A stretch of 35,674 nucleotides of DNA from a virus (Duplodnaviria; Caudoviricetes), in IMG/VR virus record IMGVR_UViG_3300034166_000054, positions 1 to 35,674 of that record; one strand, given 5' to 3'. This document shows positions 35,383 to 35,674 of the stretch, piece by piece. Position 1 is the first letter of the stretch; each line of letters opens with the position of its first letter. The notes beneath the pieces were generated by a model. It was not told the DNA's origin and searched no databases. It worked only from the letters and a program-made list of their open reading frames with translations. Both the position numbers and the translations under genes were made by a program.

Positions 35383-35674
35383 ACGACGTTACCGACATCC
35401 AGTTGCTGAAGGTGCAAATACAAGCCGAGTTGCAACGGCTTGAAGCGCAGTCGTCTGCCAAGGACGTAGCCGGTAAAGCCATTGGTAAGGACGGGCTGAA
35501 ATACATCACGGCCATTGTGGTGATCGGCGTGCTGTCTAGCCTTGCGTTAGATTCGGACAAGATCGCTGCCGTGATGGGGCTGCTTGGTGCCTCGCTGACC
35601 GCTCTTATCTCTATGCTTGCCAGCATTGCAGGCACGGTGGAGAAGGAAGATAAACCCGAGTTTGAGGTAATTAA
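35379..35674 (+). CDS. 5' part of the 137-aa two-TM membrane protein (continues to 245)
   Basis: GTGA overlap with the previous stop. MNDVTDIQLLKVQIQAELQRLEAQ... is open to the end of the window. Confidence 0.8.
   Translation, partial: MNDVTDIQLLKVQIQAELQRLEAQSSAKDVAGKAIGKDGLKYITAIVVIGVLSSLALDSDKIAAVMGLLGASLTALISMLASIAGTVEKEDKPEFEVI
35548..35674. repeat. Terminal direct repeat copy 2 (circular assembly overlap)
   Basis: Identical to 1-127. Confidence 0.95.

Noticed and set aside
35548-35674. 127-bp terminal repeat as a biological DTR
   Set aside because: Its length equals a standard assembly k-mer and it falls mid-gene. It shows circularity or permutation, not physical ends.

Overview
The window appears to be a complete circular genome of a tailed dsDNA phage (Caudoviricetes, podovirus-like). 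Bases 1-127 repeat exactly at 35548-35674, giving a 35,547-bp unit, and one gene runs across the junction. Gene order: lysis cassette (35188-1206, across the junction); leftward early/recombination operon (1196-4983: YbcO/DUF1364, NinB, SSB-like, ERF, small ORFs); divergent control region with a small cro-like gene missed by the ORF track (5140-5307) and three TAAC-N4-GTTA palindromes over sigma70-type promoters; DUF1376/YdaU replication initiator with an internal iteron origin; a sugar-modification block (two SAM methyltransferases, an inverted GT-A glycosyltransferase); a Dps-like protein, two small basic proteins and an ART-like/GNAT fusion; terminase, portal, scaffold, capsid, a Maf/DUF115-like transferase inside the head module, adaptor/nozzle, ejection proteins, tail fibres and a 2OG-Fe(II) oxygenase. 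I saw no integrase, CI repressor, DNA polymerase, helicase, tRNA or CRISPR array. Best candidates for undescribed biology: (i) a ~70-nt antisense RNA plus mutually exclusive hairpins over the initiator ribosome-binding site, resembling plasmid copy-number control; (ii) a distributed glycosylation/methylation kit, possibly for virion glycosylation; (iii) the ART-GNAT protein; (iv) an ejection protein with 16 tandem 18-residue Gln-rich repeats and an S74 chaperone; (v) apparent total avoidance of TCGA. All family calls are from motif recognition by eye, not database searches.
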